Shown here piece after piece: positions 13,962 to 23,586 of a DNA stretch of 64,000 bases (position 1 is the first letter of the stretch; each line of letters begins with the position of its first letter). This DNA is from a virus, in IMG/VR virus record IMGVR_UViG_3300032093_000012, positions 103,476 through 167,475 of that record; one strand, given 5' to 3'. A program made the translations under genes and the position numbers. Under the pieces are notes generated by a model, which saw nothing but the letters and a program-made list of their open reading frames with translations, was not told the DNA's origin and did not search any database.

Positions 13962-14830
13962 ACTACCGAACACATTTTTTTCATTCGATCAGATGGTGGA
14001 ATATATTCTAGTGAATTTTCTTTATATTTTGTAAAAGCCCATTTTCTTTCTCTACACCACCAGCATGTTTTACATGTTTCTTTAAAAAAATTTGTGGATT
14101 TTATAAGACCTTCACATGATCTCGTATAAGGTAATAGTGAATCTAATAAATCATATTTTTTATACAAATTAGCAACAAATTCTTTTGTCAAAAACATAAG
14201 AGGATTTGCTACTAACTTTTCTTCAACATAGTTTATTGATTCAGTTCCTTTAAAGTGATTATCAGGTTCATCTCTGATAGTTTCTCTTTCATTTATAAGT
14301 TCTTCTGGAAGTGGATCAGGATTTTTTGTTAATCCACTATAAACTATAGTTATTAAACCGTTTCTTTTTAAACTGTCAATATGATTAAACATTTTTTTAC
14401 TGAATTCATCAACCAATTCATGATTGCCAAGATAACAATAATTATGACTTAAAAATATTTTACCTTTTTCAATTTCTAATATTTTTTCTATTTGTTCTAT
14501 AACATTTGTAGCTACAGCTAAGTTCCAAGGCTTATTATCTCTTTTAAAAGTCATTGGCATAATTTTAATATCTAGATTATAATCTTTTATAGTCTTAGCT
14601 AATAAAAATGCTAAAAGACTACTATCAGCTCCACCGCTGACCCATATACCAACTGGTCCTTTTAAAGGAATATAAAGATCAACATACTCTGTTTCTTCTA
14701 GATTATAATATCTAGCGCAAAACAAGTCATCACCATAATACGGTGTATGTCTATTATTATTTTTTACAGTTATTCTTTCGGCTTTTTTACTTTTTAATAT
14801 ATTACCGAATATTTTATTTAATGATAGCAT
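13958..14830 (-). CDS. QueC-like adenine-nucleotide alpha-hydrolase
   Basis: PP-loop SGGADS; C-terminal TRSC...CKTCWWCRER. Confidence 0.7.
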   Translation of the reverse strand: MLSLNKIFGNILKSKKAERITVKNNNRHTPYYGDDLFCARYYNLEETEYVDLYIPLKGPVGIWVSGGADSSLLAFLLAKTIKDYNLDIKIMPMTFKRDNKPWNLAVATNVIEQIEKILEIEKGKIFLSHNYCYLGNHELVDEFSKKMFNHIDSLKRNGLITIVYSGLTKNPDPLPEELINERETIRDEPDNHFKGTESINYVEEKLVANPLMFLTKEFVANLYKKYDLLDSLLPYTRSCEGLIKSTNFFKETCKTCWWCRERKWAFTKYKENSLEYIPPSDRMKKMCSVV

Positions 14831-14848
14831 AACAAAAAAACTCCTATT

Positions 14849-15256
14849 TCAATTCTTTTTTCTTCCAATATTATATTTAGCAACAAGTTCCCAATCATTC
14901 TTTTCTTTATGATTAATGATTTTGATATGATTCATTTGTGCTTGATCATCTTTTATAGGATCTGGTTCTACTATCTTAAGTAGTCCCCATTCTTGGAGTA
15001 AGAATGCTATCTTATTTCTTCTAAGCTTATCTTCATCAGAGAAGTTAGTATCTTTACCATCAAGAGCAAATAACTCTTTAAAGTGAACTATATAATACTT
15101 ACCTTGTTTATGTAAGATATGGCATGATTGGTAAAGCTTCTTGTCTTTTCTAGAAGCCACTCCTATTCTAGTCAGTGTTTCTTTGATTTTTAGGAAGTCT
15201 TCTTCTTCAGCGATTTTCACTTCCACTAGCGAATTGATTAAACTCATAATTCCCAC
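14849..15256 (-). CDS. regA: translational repressor RegA
   Basis: FLKIKETLTRIGVASR, QSCHILHKQGKYYIVHFKELF. Confidence 0.95.
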   Translation of the reverse strand: MGIMSLINSLVEVKIAEEEDFLKIKETLTRIGVASRKDKKLYQSCHILHKQGKYYIVHFKELFALDGKDTNFSDEDKLRRNKIAFLLQEWGLLKIVEPDPIKDDQAQMNHIKIINHKEKNDWELVAKYNIGRKKN

Positions 15257-15295
15257 CTTTTTTAATTATTATTATCAGGTAGGAATATTTATGAA

Positions 15296-16372
15296 TTATT
15301 CAAACTCATCTTCTACATCATTCTTTTTATTACTAGTGCCCCAAATACCGCATAGTATAGGGTACTTGTCTTCTTTTAGAGACTTTTGATCATAAAGATT
15401 AGCTGCTTCCATGACTCTCAGTTCATCAAAAGCATATCTAGGAATGGTCATAGTTGTTTCGTCTCTCAACTTTACTACTGCTTCTGCGTCAGAAAGCATC
15501 TCAGGATTTTCTAATGTTTTTGGGCGATGTATAGTACTAAAGAGCTTGGCTAGTGATGCAGCCTTATCACCGAATTCTTGAGACAATTCTGCAAAATCAT
15601 CTTCTCTTAAGACACACTTGGTAAAAGCATTTGTGCCAAAAATTGAATGCAGGCCTGCAGCCAAACATAATTCTGTGTCGTAATTTCTTTCTTTTAATAA
15701 AGAAAAATTTCTCATAAGATGATCGTGTAAAGAACCTCTAGAATGTTTATGTTTATTAGCTCCCTTACTCACTAAGAATTCACTAAGTCTTTCAAAATCA
15801 TCACATCTTCTTGCTCTGAACTTAAACATTAGTGTTCTTCTGAGACTAAAACACGTGCGCGAGACCGCGCGCGCAGCATGAATATTATTACCAGGAAATA
15901 TTAGAGCTCTGTTTCTTTTTGGTATAACAGATTTAACTATTTCTCCGTCATCTACAACAATTGTTTCACCTGCCCAATCTATATTCCAATTATCTATAAG
16001 GTAAATTACTATAGTCCATTCATCATCTCTATGAGAATCTTTATGTGTATAACCATCAACACCATAAGTGTGTGCGTTGATATAGCATCTCAGCAATTTC
16101 GTATCTTGAAGAGAATATTTTTCTTGTATTGAATTCCAAGCAACTTTTAAATTATCCGGTAATGAGTATGTTATATCAGCTAAATTGGCACCACCTGCAA
16201 AAGCTTTTGCAAAATTGATATTCCAATGACCGTGAGGATCTGTCTTTTTTGATGATTTCCATCCAGGCGTGTATGATCCTCTATCGGCTATTTTAGATAA
16301 AGTATTATAAATCTCTTCATCTAGAAAATTTTCTATAACATGATATTTTTCGTTTTTTAAATCAATACTCAT
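15296..16372 (-). CDS. 2OG-Fe(II) oxygenase fused to an HD-like (DUF6817-type) domain
   Basis: HKD...WAGET...H...R motifs; C-terminal HSRGSLHDHL, AGLHSIFGT. Confidence 0.7.
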   Translation of the reverse strand: MSIDLKNEKYHVIENFLDEEIYNTLSKIADRGSYTPGWKSSKKTDPHGHWNINFAKAFAGGANLADITYSLPDNLKVAWNSIQEKYSLQDTKLLRCYINAHTYGVDGYTHKDSHRDDEWTIVIYLIDNWNIDWAGETIVVDDGEIVKSVIPKRNRALIFPGNNIHAARAVSRTCFSLRRTLMFKFRARRCDDFERLSEFLVSKGANKHKHSRGSLHDHLMRNFSLLKERNYDTELCLAAGLHSIFGTNAFTKCVLREDDFAELSQEFGDKAASLAKLFSTIHRPKTLENPEMLSDAEAVVKLRDETTMTIPRYAFDELRVMEAANLYDQKSLKEDKYPILCGIWGTSNKKNDVEDEFE

Positions 16373-16728
16373 TTGTTTCTAAATCTCTCAAGTTCTTTCT
16401 TATCTATTAGTGTCAAAGCAACTTTTGCTTTCGTTCTATTATAGTTAAACAGCTTACAAATAAGATCTATATCTTCATTTTCTGATGATTTTGCCCACTT
16501 AGAATATCTCTTTCCAGGCTTAATTGCATTAAGATAATAATCATACTGCATCCTATTTGAAAGATGTGAGTTCATATTAATTTCATTAGCATACAAGACG
16601 CTATCTTTAAAATAAGATAACGCCTTGTTAACTAGCCAAGGATTATAAGCTTTCTCTGCAAACTCATCTACCATAAGGTTCTCTTTCTTAGATGAGTTTA
16701 TTGAGTTTACGTAATCAAATGGGTTCAT
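16369..16728 (-). CDS. g62: clamp loader small subunit gp62
   Basis: NPFDYVNSIN, YANEIN, QYDYY; synteny with g44. Confidence 0.9.
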   Translation of the reverse strand: MNPFDYVNSINSSKKENLMVDEFAEKAYNPWLVNKALSYFKDSVLYANEINMNSHLSNRMQYDYYLNAIKPGKRYSKWAKSSENEDIDLICKLFNYNRTKAKVALTLIDKKELERFRNK

Positions 16729-17669
16729 TTAAACTCGCAATTAATTAGGACTTCGGTGAAACACGCTATGATATTTATTTCAGGATCAGCCACGAAAGCA
16801 GCTTGATATTGATATTTTGATAGGATCAACACAAGTTGAGGTACACTGTTAACAGTCATATATTGATCTGCAGACTCATAGAGACGTCTAAAAATTTCAG
16901 TCTGTTCAATATCAACGTTCTCAGCTACCCACTTACGAAGAGATGTAAAGTCTTTCTCTTTAAGAAGTTTATAGATAGAGTTAACTTCAAGATCCTTGAT
17001 ATTGCCAAGGATTCCACTATCAATCTTACCAGTTGATGCATAACGCTGCAGTTCATTAAGAACACGTCGCCAATCTGGAAAGAACTTAGTAATAATCTCA
17101 GCAACTACTGCTCTATCATATTCCACATTTTGATTAGTTAAGATCTTCTCAACTCTCTTAAAGAATTGAGCAGCAAGTTTCGCCGTATCTTTCTTGCTTA
17201 TCCTAAAGTCCACAACGGAACAACGCGAATGAAGTGGTTCAATGATTCGAGTTTTAAAATTACAGGTGAGGATGAACCCGCAATTCTTGCTGAATTCTTC
17301 CATAAAATTTCGTAGAGCTGGTTGTGTTGAGTTTGCGTTAAGGTAATCTGCTTCATCGAGGATAACGTACTTACGACCTCCAGAGAGACTGACGGAAGAT
17401 GCGAAGTTGAGAATCTCATTACGCAAGGTATCGATATTGCCATTCATAGATCCGTTAATTACAATGTAATCGCATTCAAGTTCTTCTAACATGGCTCGCG
17501 CCACTGTTGTTTTACCAACACCGGCGCTGCCACTTAGAATAAGGTTAGGAATGTTCTTCTGATCTACAAACTGTTGAAACGTAGATTTAAGTTCTTCAGG
17601 CAAGATAGTATCAGCGATAGTCTTGGGGCGGTATTTCTCCACCCACAAGAACTGTTCTTTAACATCCAT
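16725..17669 (-). CDS. g44: clamp loader large subunit gp44
   Basis: WVEKYRP, GVGKTT, DEAD, SRC. Confidence 0.97.
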   Translation of the reverse strand: MDVKEQFLWVEKYRPKTIADTILPEELKSTFQQFVDQKNIPNLILSGSAGVGKTTVARAMLEELECDYIVINGSMNGNIDTLRNEILNFASSVSLSGGRKYVILDEADYLNANSTQPALRNFMEEFSKNCGFILTCNFKTRIIEPLHSRCSVVDFRISKKDTAKLAAQFFKRVEKILTNQNVEYDRAVVAEIITKFFPDWRRVLNELQRYASTGKIDSGILGNIKDLEVNSIYKLLKEKDFTSLRKWVAENVDIEQTEIFRRLYESADQYMTVNSVPQLVLILSKYQYQAAFVADPEINIIACFTEVLINCEFK

Positions 17670-17678
17670 TTGTTAACC

Positions 17679-18332
17679 TCAGAAAGTTGAATTGGACTCT
17701 ACAGCGATGAGATACATGATATCGCTACCAGTAAAGCGGGCGATACCCTTAGACGTGATATCAACATCATAGTCACCTGTCAAGAGCTTGATATTTTCAG
17801 CGCGAAGGATTGCTCTGAACTTCTTATCAGATTTACCAACAATGATTGAATAAACATCACCACTTGGGTTCTTAGAGTCGATAGCCTGAAGCATGATGTC
17901 TGTACCATCACCAGTAACTGCAATTTCAGGAAGACGAAGAACACCCATGCCTTTCATGACACTAGTAAGAGAGTCATTAGTAAGCTTGAAACTAACTTCA
18001 GGTTCAGGAATATCCTTTACAGTTTCAGGTGCAGAGATAATAGTAGCTGCTTCAGCGAGCGTGTAGTTAACTACATTATTCTTACCACGAATGGTAATAG
18101 TCTTCTCATTGATAGTCAATTCAGGGTCTTCGAAGAGAGAAAGCGTGCTAAGGAATTTAGATAGATCGTAGATAGCAAATGTACTATCAAACTCCATATC
18201 AACCTTAGCACGAGACATGATGCTCTTTACAGGTGATACTGTAGAGAGATAATTGCCCTTCCGAATAAGGATAGAAGGGTTAATCGTAGAGAAGTTCTTA
18301 AGAACTTGGATTGTTCGCGTATCGAGTTTCAT
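17679..18332 (-). CDS. g45: sliding clamp gp45
   Basis: LKNFSTINPS, FAIYDL; synteny. Confidence 0.95.
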   Translation of the reverse strand: MKLDTRTIQVLKNFSTINPSILIRKGNYLSTVSPVKSIMSRAKVDMEFDSTFAIYDLSKFLSTLSLFEDPELTINEKTITIRGKNNVVNYTLAEAATIISAPETVKDIPEPEVSFKLTNDSLTSVMKGMGVLRLPEIAVTGDGTDIMLQAIDSKNPSGDVYSIIVGKSDKKFRAILRAENIKLLTGDYDVDITSKGIARFTGSDIMYLIAVESNSTF

Positions 18333-18348
18333 AATATAGACCTTTCAA

Positions 18349-19188
18349 TTACTTCTTAAGTTGATCAGAATCGGCAGTTGCAGAAGCACCAATAGATGCA
18401 AGATCTGCGAGTGAACCACCGAAGATATATGTTCCAACATGCTGGAGCTGCATCCACGGGCAAAGCCATGTACGAAGGTTTGCTTCTTGAAGCTTCTGAC
18501 AGAACCAATAATCTTCAGAGAGATAACGTTCAGACTTAGGATCTACTTCAGCTTGGAAGTACATCATGATCTTACGAGAACCATCGAAATGCTTTGTTCT
18601 AACATGATCCGGCTTATAAAGATACTGCGGGAACTTTTCATTGAAGGCTTCAAACGTCTTACGACGAATCATCATGAAGCCGGTGCCAATTTCTAGAACT
18701 TCTGCAGGTTCACCAATCGGAATAGCACCAGTGCCACTCTTAGGATTAAAGACGTAGTCACCAACAAACTTTTCTAGTACGCTAGGATCCTTGTCAGCAA
18801 CACCCTTATCGACAGCGTGCTTAATCTTTTCCCATGAGATACACTTCTTAGGATATGGACCACCAATGACGTCATAGTCTTCGTTTTGGATCTGCAGAGC
18901 AAGAAGTGCAATAACATCCTGCGGGTTGAATCCAATATCGGAGTCGATAAACAACATGTGAGTTGCATCTGAGCGCATGAACTCATCACAGCAATAATTT
19001 CTTGCTCGTGTAATCAACGATTCATTAAACAAGAAATACATTTGCAAAGGAATACCATGATGTGTGCATAGAGCAGAGAGATCTGCGATGCTACGTGCAA
19101 ACATACCAGCACACTGGCCACCATACATAGGTGTAGCTACAAATAGCTTGCACTTTCTAAGTTCGTCGGTGTTAATCTTAATTTCCAT
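18349..19188 (-). CDS. GT-A-like glycosyltransferase
   Basis: ATPMYGG, ESLITRARN, FIDSD, GTGFMMI, LSEDYWFC. Confidence 0.75.
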   Translation of the reverse strand: MEIKINTDELRKCKLFVATPMYGGQCAGMFARSIADLSALCTHHGIPLQMYFLFNESLITRARNYCCDEFMRSDATHMLFIDSDIGFNPQDVIALLALQIQNEDYDVIGGPYPKKCISWEKIKHAVDKGVADKDPSVLEKFVGDYVFNPKSGTGAIPIGEPAEVLEIGTGFMMIRRKTFEAFNEKFPQYLYKPDHVRTKHFDGSRKIMMYFQAEVDPKSERYLSEDYWFCQKLQEANLRTWLCPWMQLQHVGTYIFGGSLADLASIGASATADSDQLKK

Positions 19189-19471
19189 TATTATTCTCCT
19201 TATCATGAATATAAAGTGCAAGAATACCGTAATGAAGGATCTTCAAAAGATCCTGTCTATTCCTACCGTTTTTCTTACCATATCTGGCTGCATACTTAAT
19301 AATATCACCGATGGTGAACCCAACACCGTGACCTGCAGAAGCAATTAGTTCAAACGCTTGAATATTATCAGGTCCGACATAATGCTTAGTATATGTATCA
19401 GCGATGTACTGATACAATTCATTAATTAGTTCTGGTTCATTAAATTTATAATTTGCTGACATTTTATCCAT
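19178..19471 (-). CDS. DUF3310-like (T7 gp1.7-like nucleotide kinase family) protein
   Basis: HY...GF.IG.IIKY..RYGKK...DL.K pattern. Confidence 0.65.
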   Translation of the reverse strand: MDKMSANYKFNEPELINELYQYIADTYTKHYVGPDNIQAFELIASAGHGVGFTIGDIIKYAARYGKKNGRNRQDLLKILHYGILALYIHDKENNNGN

Positions 19472-20670
19472 TACATAAAATACTCCACCAGTGTACTAGT
19501 TTTTGTGCTAATAATTTCATTGGTACGATCATGATTATATTGATAAACCATAAAATTGTCAACATAATCTCTTTCACCATTCAATACTGCTTTAACTTCT
19601 GTTGCCATATCAGTTGCAGTCTTAACAGGAACGTTCTGACATATGTGATTATAACTTACCGATGGCTTAAGAAGCTCATAGTCTTCTGGCATTCCCATGA
19701 TACTGAGAGCTTCTCTGTAAGTAATGTATCTATCTTCATATGGATGTGTGAGCATCTTAGGATAGTGACCAACGAAAGCACCAATATGATCTTTTGGAAC
19801 GATAGTGCCGCGCCTCATGATGTTACCACCAGAGGCAAGTTTTTCGTGCATACGTTTACATTTTTCAACTTCTTTCTCATAACCTTGTTTCTGCATCCAT
19901 TCACCAACCTGTACGTATGAATGGTTATGATGTTCAATCAATGATTTAGCATCAAAATATCTAACAGCGATATCTCTTAGATCAAGAAGATCAAAGTGTT
20001 CACGATGAGTAACTCCACCATGAATGACTTCTAGCAGATAACGATAGTAAGGATCATTGCTTGGCGTGTTTTTATTAATTGGCTCCATCATAGTATTTGA
20101 TTTTACGCCAGTGATGACATCTTCAATCTTTTCATATTCACGACTATAGAAGTTAAGGAGAGGTGTCTTATTACCACGCCAGAAGAAATAGAATGTGCGT
20201 TCTCTAACCTGAGGAACACCATGAAGCAAACTCTTAGTACGATAAAGAGTCATAGTGTAACCGTTCTCTTTACCAATCTGTTGAAGTTGTTCTCTAATTG
20301 GCTTACCTACTTTACCAGCAAGAGCTGGTGCATTCTCACCCCAAAATACTTTTGGCTTAACTTCACCAAGAACATATTTTGCTGTTTCAATCATCCATTT
20401 ATTATTAGGATTATGTTCACCATATCCTAATGAAAACATAGAAAGACCTGCGCAAGGACATACACTAGAAACAATATCAACTTCATGAGGATGGCGTTGA
20501 CCCTCATCAAGAAGATAGTATGGAACTTCGTGGTTCCAATAATTTAGAAGGTGTGATTCGTTATCTTTGAATGCGCTATATGAAAGGATATAGTCTGGTC
20601 GACTTCCAAACACATTAGTCGAAGCAATTGCTTCTCCGCCAATAAGCGGGATAATCGTCGCATGTCTCAT
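19471..20670 (-). CDS. divergent C5-cytosine DNA methyltransferase-like protein
   Basis: PC (VCPCAGLS), ENAP, PQVRER, QNVP motifs; motif I degenerate (IPLIGG). Confidence 0.7.
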   Translation of the reverse strand: MRHATIIPLIGGEAIASTNVFGSRPDYILSYSAFKDNESHLLNYWNHEVPYYLLDEGQRHPHEVDIVSSVCPCAGLSMFSLGYGEHNPNNKWMIETAKYVLGEVKPKVFWGENAPALAGKVGKPIREQLQQIGKENGYTMTLYRTKSLLHGVPQVRERTFYFFWRGNKTPLLNFYSREYEKIEDVITGVKSNTMMEPINKNTPSNDPYYRYLLEVIHGGVTHREHFDLLDLRDIAVRYFDAKSLIEHHNHSYVQVGEWMQKQGYEKEVEKCKRMHEKLASGGNIMRRGTIVPKDHIGAFVGHYPKMLTHPYEDRYITYREALSIMGMPEDYELLKPSVSYNHICQNVPVKTATDMATEVKAVLNGERDYVDNFMVYQYNHDRTNEIISTKTSTLVEYFM

Positions 20671-21758
20671 ATAAAACTCTCAAGGCTGGCATGATGTACT
20701 TTAACTGGTTTATTTATAGGAGGATTAAGCCCGTTCCACTCCCAACCTTGCCAATGTGGATAAAATTCTCGAGAAAGATGAACTGATTGCGGCTTTTCCA
20801 TGTACTTAAAATCAAGTTCACCATGTTCGTTAATGAGACCGTCAACCCATTCAAATACACGAAGAGAAGAGCATTCATACTTCTTTAGTTCTTCTTTGAA
20901 GAGTCTACGAATATTATCACGTTCAACACGAGATCCATAGAATGGTGTTTTCTCATACCAACCAGTCTTTGGAATATGACGCTTCTCATTTTCGATAGGA
21001 AGAAGTTCATAGAGAGTAACGGTGGAATTATACATCTCTGCAACGCCAAGCGCTTGACGAGTATATTCTCTAACGAGTTCTTTAGTTGCTGCTACAGGAT
21101 CTGGTTGACGTAGAAGATGATGACGAACATCAATATTGCCGAAATAAAATTCTACATTTTCAAAATCATGATCGCATGGTTTAATGAAAGTATGAAGGCC
21201 CATCTTCAACGCGCCATGTAGAGTCTTAAATGGCATTGAATAATTTATCCATTCGGGGCGATACATACAAATAGCATGACTATCCCCAATTGCAATATTT
21301 GGGTATACTTTCAATAAGTTTGGTGTAATAGTCTCAGCTTCATTCTGCATGCGAATGATGTTGTTCCAATCAACTTGATTCCATCGAGGATCAATAGGTT
21401 TATTCTTGCTATTAGCTAGATCAACTTTATGTTTTAGTTGTTCATAATAATCAGGAAAATCAATTATTAACGAATAGACTTTACCCTTGAACTTAGAGAA
21501 GTTTAAGAAGTTATCTACGTGTGGAAATTCTTTCAATCCACCAAACAAGTTAAGATGACCTGACCAATCGTTGCCATGATACACATACATGGTATCAAAC
21601 GTGTTATGATCTTCTACATAACGATCAAGTGACATATTAACGTATAGATCGATACCAGCTTGTTTAAGCTGATCAGCATAAATCACACCCTGCGCAGCAC
21701 GATGTGAAGAAAGATTCTTAGCAATAGGAATGAAAGGAGCTGTTAAAACTGCTGTCAT
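20667..21758 (-). CDS. hypothetical protein of the DNA-modification cluster (SGNH-like C-terminal half)
   Basis: IGDSH, GNIDVRHH, SVHLS. Confidence 0.65.
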   Translation of the reverse strand: MTAVLTAPFIPIAKNLSSHRAAQGVIYADQLKQAGIDLYVNMSLDRYVEDHNTFDTMYVYHGNDWSGHLNLFGGLKEFPHVDNFLNFSKFKGKVYSLIIDFPDYYEQLKHKVDLANSKNKPIDPRWNQVDWNNIIRMQNEAETITPNLLKVYPNIAIGDSHAICMYRPEWINYSMPFKTLHGALKMGLHTFIKPCDHDFENVEFYFGNIDVRHHLLRQPDPVAATKELVREYTRQALGVAEMYNSTVTLYELLPIENEKRHIPKTGWYEKTPFYGSRVERDNIRRLFKEELKKYECSSLRVFEWVDGLINEHGELDFKYMEKPQSVHLSREFYPHWQGWEWNGLNPPINKPVKVHHASLESFI

Positions 21759-22624
21759 AGATTTTTATCCCAATCTTTATAAGATTTTACAGTATCATAG
21801 AGACTCAAATTTGTCAACTGTGGCTCAGTACCAACATTCCACATCAATATATTTCTTCCAGTATTCTTAGGAATATACTTCCACACTTTAGCATCATAAG
21901 ATTTTACCGTAGGAAATGGTGGCAATTCAGTTTCTTCTTGTGCAAATTCTAGAGGTTCTGATATGACTCTTGCTCTGCCAAGTTCACCTTGTTTAAGGTT
22001 ACGAGCTACAGCAACACAGTTAAACTTTGCATTTGGCCATGCGATCTGCAAGGCTCGAGAAAGTACACCAGTAGAGATTGCTACATAGACTTCTTCCGGT
22101 TCAGGAATCTTTGAAGCAGCATGTACAATTCCTGCGGTAGCTAGTTCATGTTTCAATCCAAGTGGTACGAAAAAAGCATTGTTCTTATCGGCCCACTCTT
22201 TAGCTTTCATGTTTAAGATTGGCATAGCCGCAATACGCTCGAACATAGGTACAGCACCTTGTTCAATGCAGCATGCTTGATGTAATGATATGCGCTTAGA
22301 TGCTGGCATAAACAAAACTATCTTCTTATTATGATGCTTTGCAACATCAAGCAAAGAAACTCCAGCCAAACCAACTCGTGGTTGTGAATAAACGATAGTA
22401 TCATTATTTAATTTTGAAGCAAGAAGATCACCTGCCCTAGTTTTTGTGCCAACGATTAGATCGTCACGCACTACTCTGACACCTTCATGATCGATTACTA
22501 CAGGATCCGGGTTATATGGAATCCACCCTTCTGCCAAAGAAAGATAGTATTCTTTAGCAGCTTCGTATCCAAAGACTCCTACGTCTTTATTGATACCATC
22601 AATTACGTGTTTATTATGACTCAT
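21755..22624 (-). CDS. PLP-dependent enzyme (fold type II)
   Basis: VRDDLIVGTKTR (Schiff-base Lys), ISTG, YDAK. Confidence 0.7.
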   Translation of the reverse strand: MSHNKHVIDGINKDVGVFGYEAAKEYYLSLAEGWIPYNPDPVVIDHEGVRVVRDDLIVGTKTRAGDLLASKLNNDTIVYSQPRVGLAGVSLLDVAKHHNKKIVLFMPASKRISLHQACCIEQGAVPMFERIAAMPILNMKAKEWADKNNAFFVPLGLKHELATAGIVHAASKIPEPEEVYVAISTGVLSRALQIAWPNAKFNCVAVARNLKQGELGRARVISEPLEFAQEETELPPFPTVKSYDAKVWKYIPKNTGRNILMWNVGTEPQLTNLSLYDTVKSYKDWDKNL

Positions 22625-23582
22625 ATGTGTTTGTCTTCAATGACCAGTTTTTAGGATACACCCAATCATATGGGATCTGTTTAGTAGTTTGTTTGATAGC
22701 ATTTCTAATAGCTATATGCTTGTAGAAGAAACAAAGTTTATCTTCCAAGTTTAGAAACTTTTGATGTTTAATAGGATTACTAGGATGTTCATAGAGATAT
22801 AGCATCTTATCATAGAAAGATTGACCAGCATTATTTGTTGGCACATATCTTCCATCGTCTGCAATCTCATATTTTGCTTTACTCATATACTGTGGACAAT
22901 CAAACACTTGGCTGAGACCATCAAAAAATCCCGTACCACCATGTAAGAAACTTTCAGGATCAACCCAGCTTGGATGACTCATGGCAACGTGTCGAGCAGC
23001 ATTTTTAGATGGATACATTGCATTTCTAAAACCATATTCATCAACGAATATTTGATTTAGCTTCTTAGCAAACTCCATCATAGTATACTTGCTTTTAACA
23101 TTAAAGATTTTCATCGAATGCTTCTGCGCAAAGTCTTTTGGTACTTCACACAACCACTCTTTAACATTTGTATCTTTTGGATAATATATCTGAAATAGAT
23201 CGCTGCGCGCATGTCTTTCTGTTAAAAATCTTTCTCTCATGGCATCAGATCCGCCTTTACGCCATGCTCTAAATGTTTGCCAGTGTTCATTAGTAAATGA
23301 GAATACCAAGCAAGCTTCTAGAACAGTCGTTGGATCATTTATTAGTTTAACTTCATCAACAAATGGACATTCATCCCAATGTAAGCGGTGTGAGAACTGC
23401 TGATAATTATCTCTAAGAAGTGAGTCTTCTCTCTTATCATAAGCATTGCAAAACTCAAAGAACTTTTCTGTACGTTCTTCTTGAGACCATTTCCACATCC
23501 AACTACGAACTGGTTTACCAGCATCATCTAAATCAACTTCAGCAAGATTCTCGTACTTAATATCATGAGTACGATCTGTCAT
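22614..23582 (-). CDS. aGPT-Pplase/amino acid:DNA transferase-like protein (paralog 2)
   Basis: C-terminal EDKLCFFYK mirrors EDVCCDFIR of the neighbour; cluster context. Confidence 0.5.
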   Translation of the reverse strand: MTDRTHDIKYENLAEVDLDDAGKPVRSWMWKWSQEERTEKFFEFCNAYDKREDSLLRDNYQQFSHRLHWDECPFVDEVKLINDPTTVLEACLVFSFTNEHWQTFRAWRKGGSDAMRERFLTERHARSDLFQIYYPKDTNVKEWLCEVPKDFAQKHSMKIFNVKSKYTMMEFAKKLNQIFVDEYGFRNAMYPSKNAARHVAMSHPSWVDPESFLHGGTGFFDGLSQVFDCPQYMSKAKYEIADDGRYVPTNNAGQSFYDKMLYLYEHPSNPIKHQKFLNLEDKLCFFYKHIAIRNAIKQTTKQIPYDWVYPKNWSLKTNTYES

Positions 23583-23586
23583 GAAT

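Noticed and set aside
13958-14830. evidence for 7-deazaguanine DNA modification
   Set aside because: Only a QueC-like fold is present; no companion pathway genes or DpdA are seen in the window.
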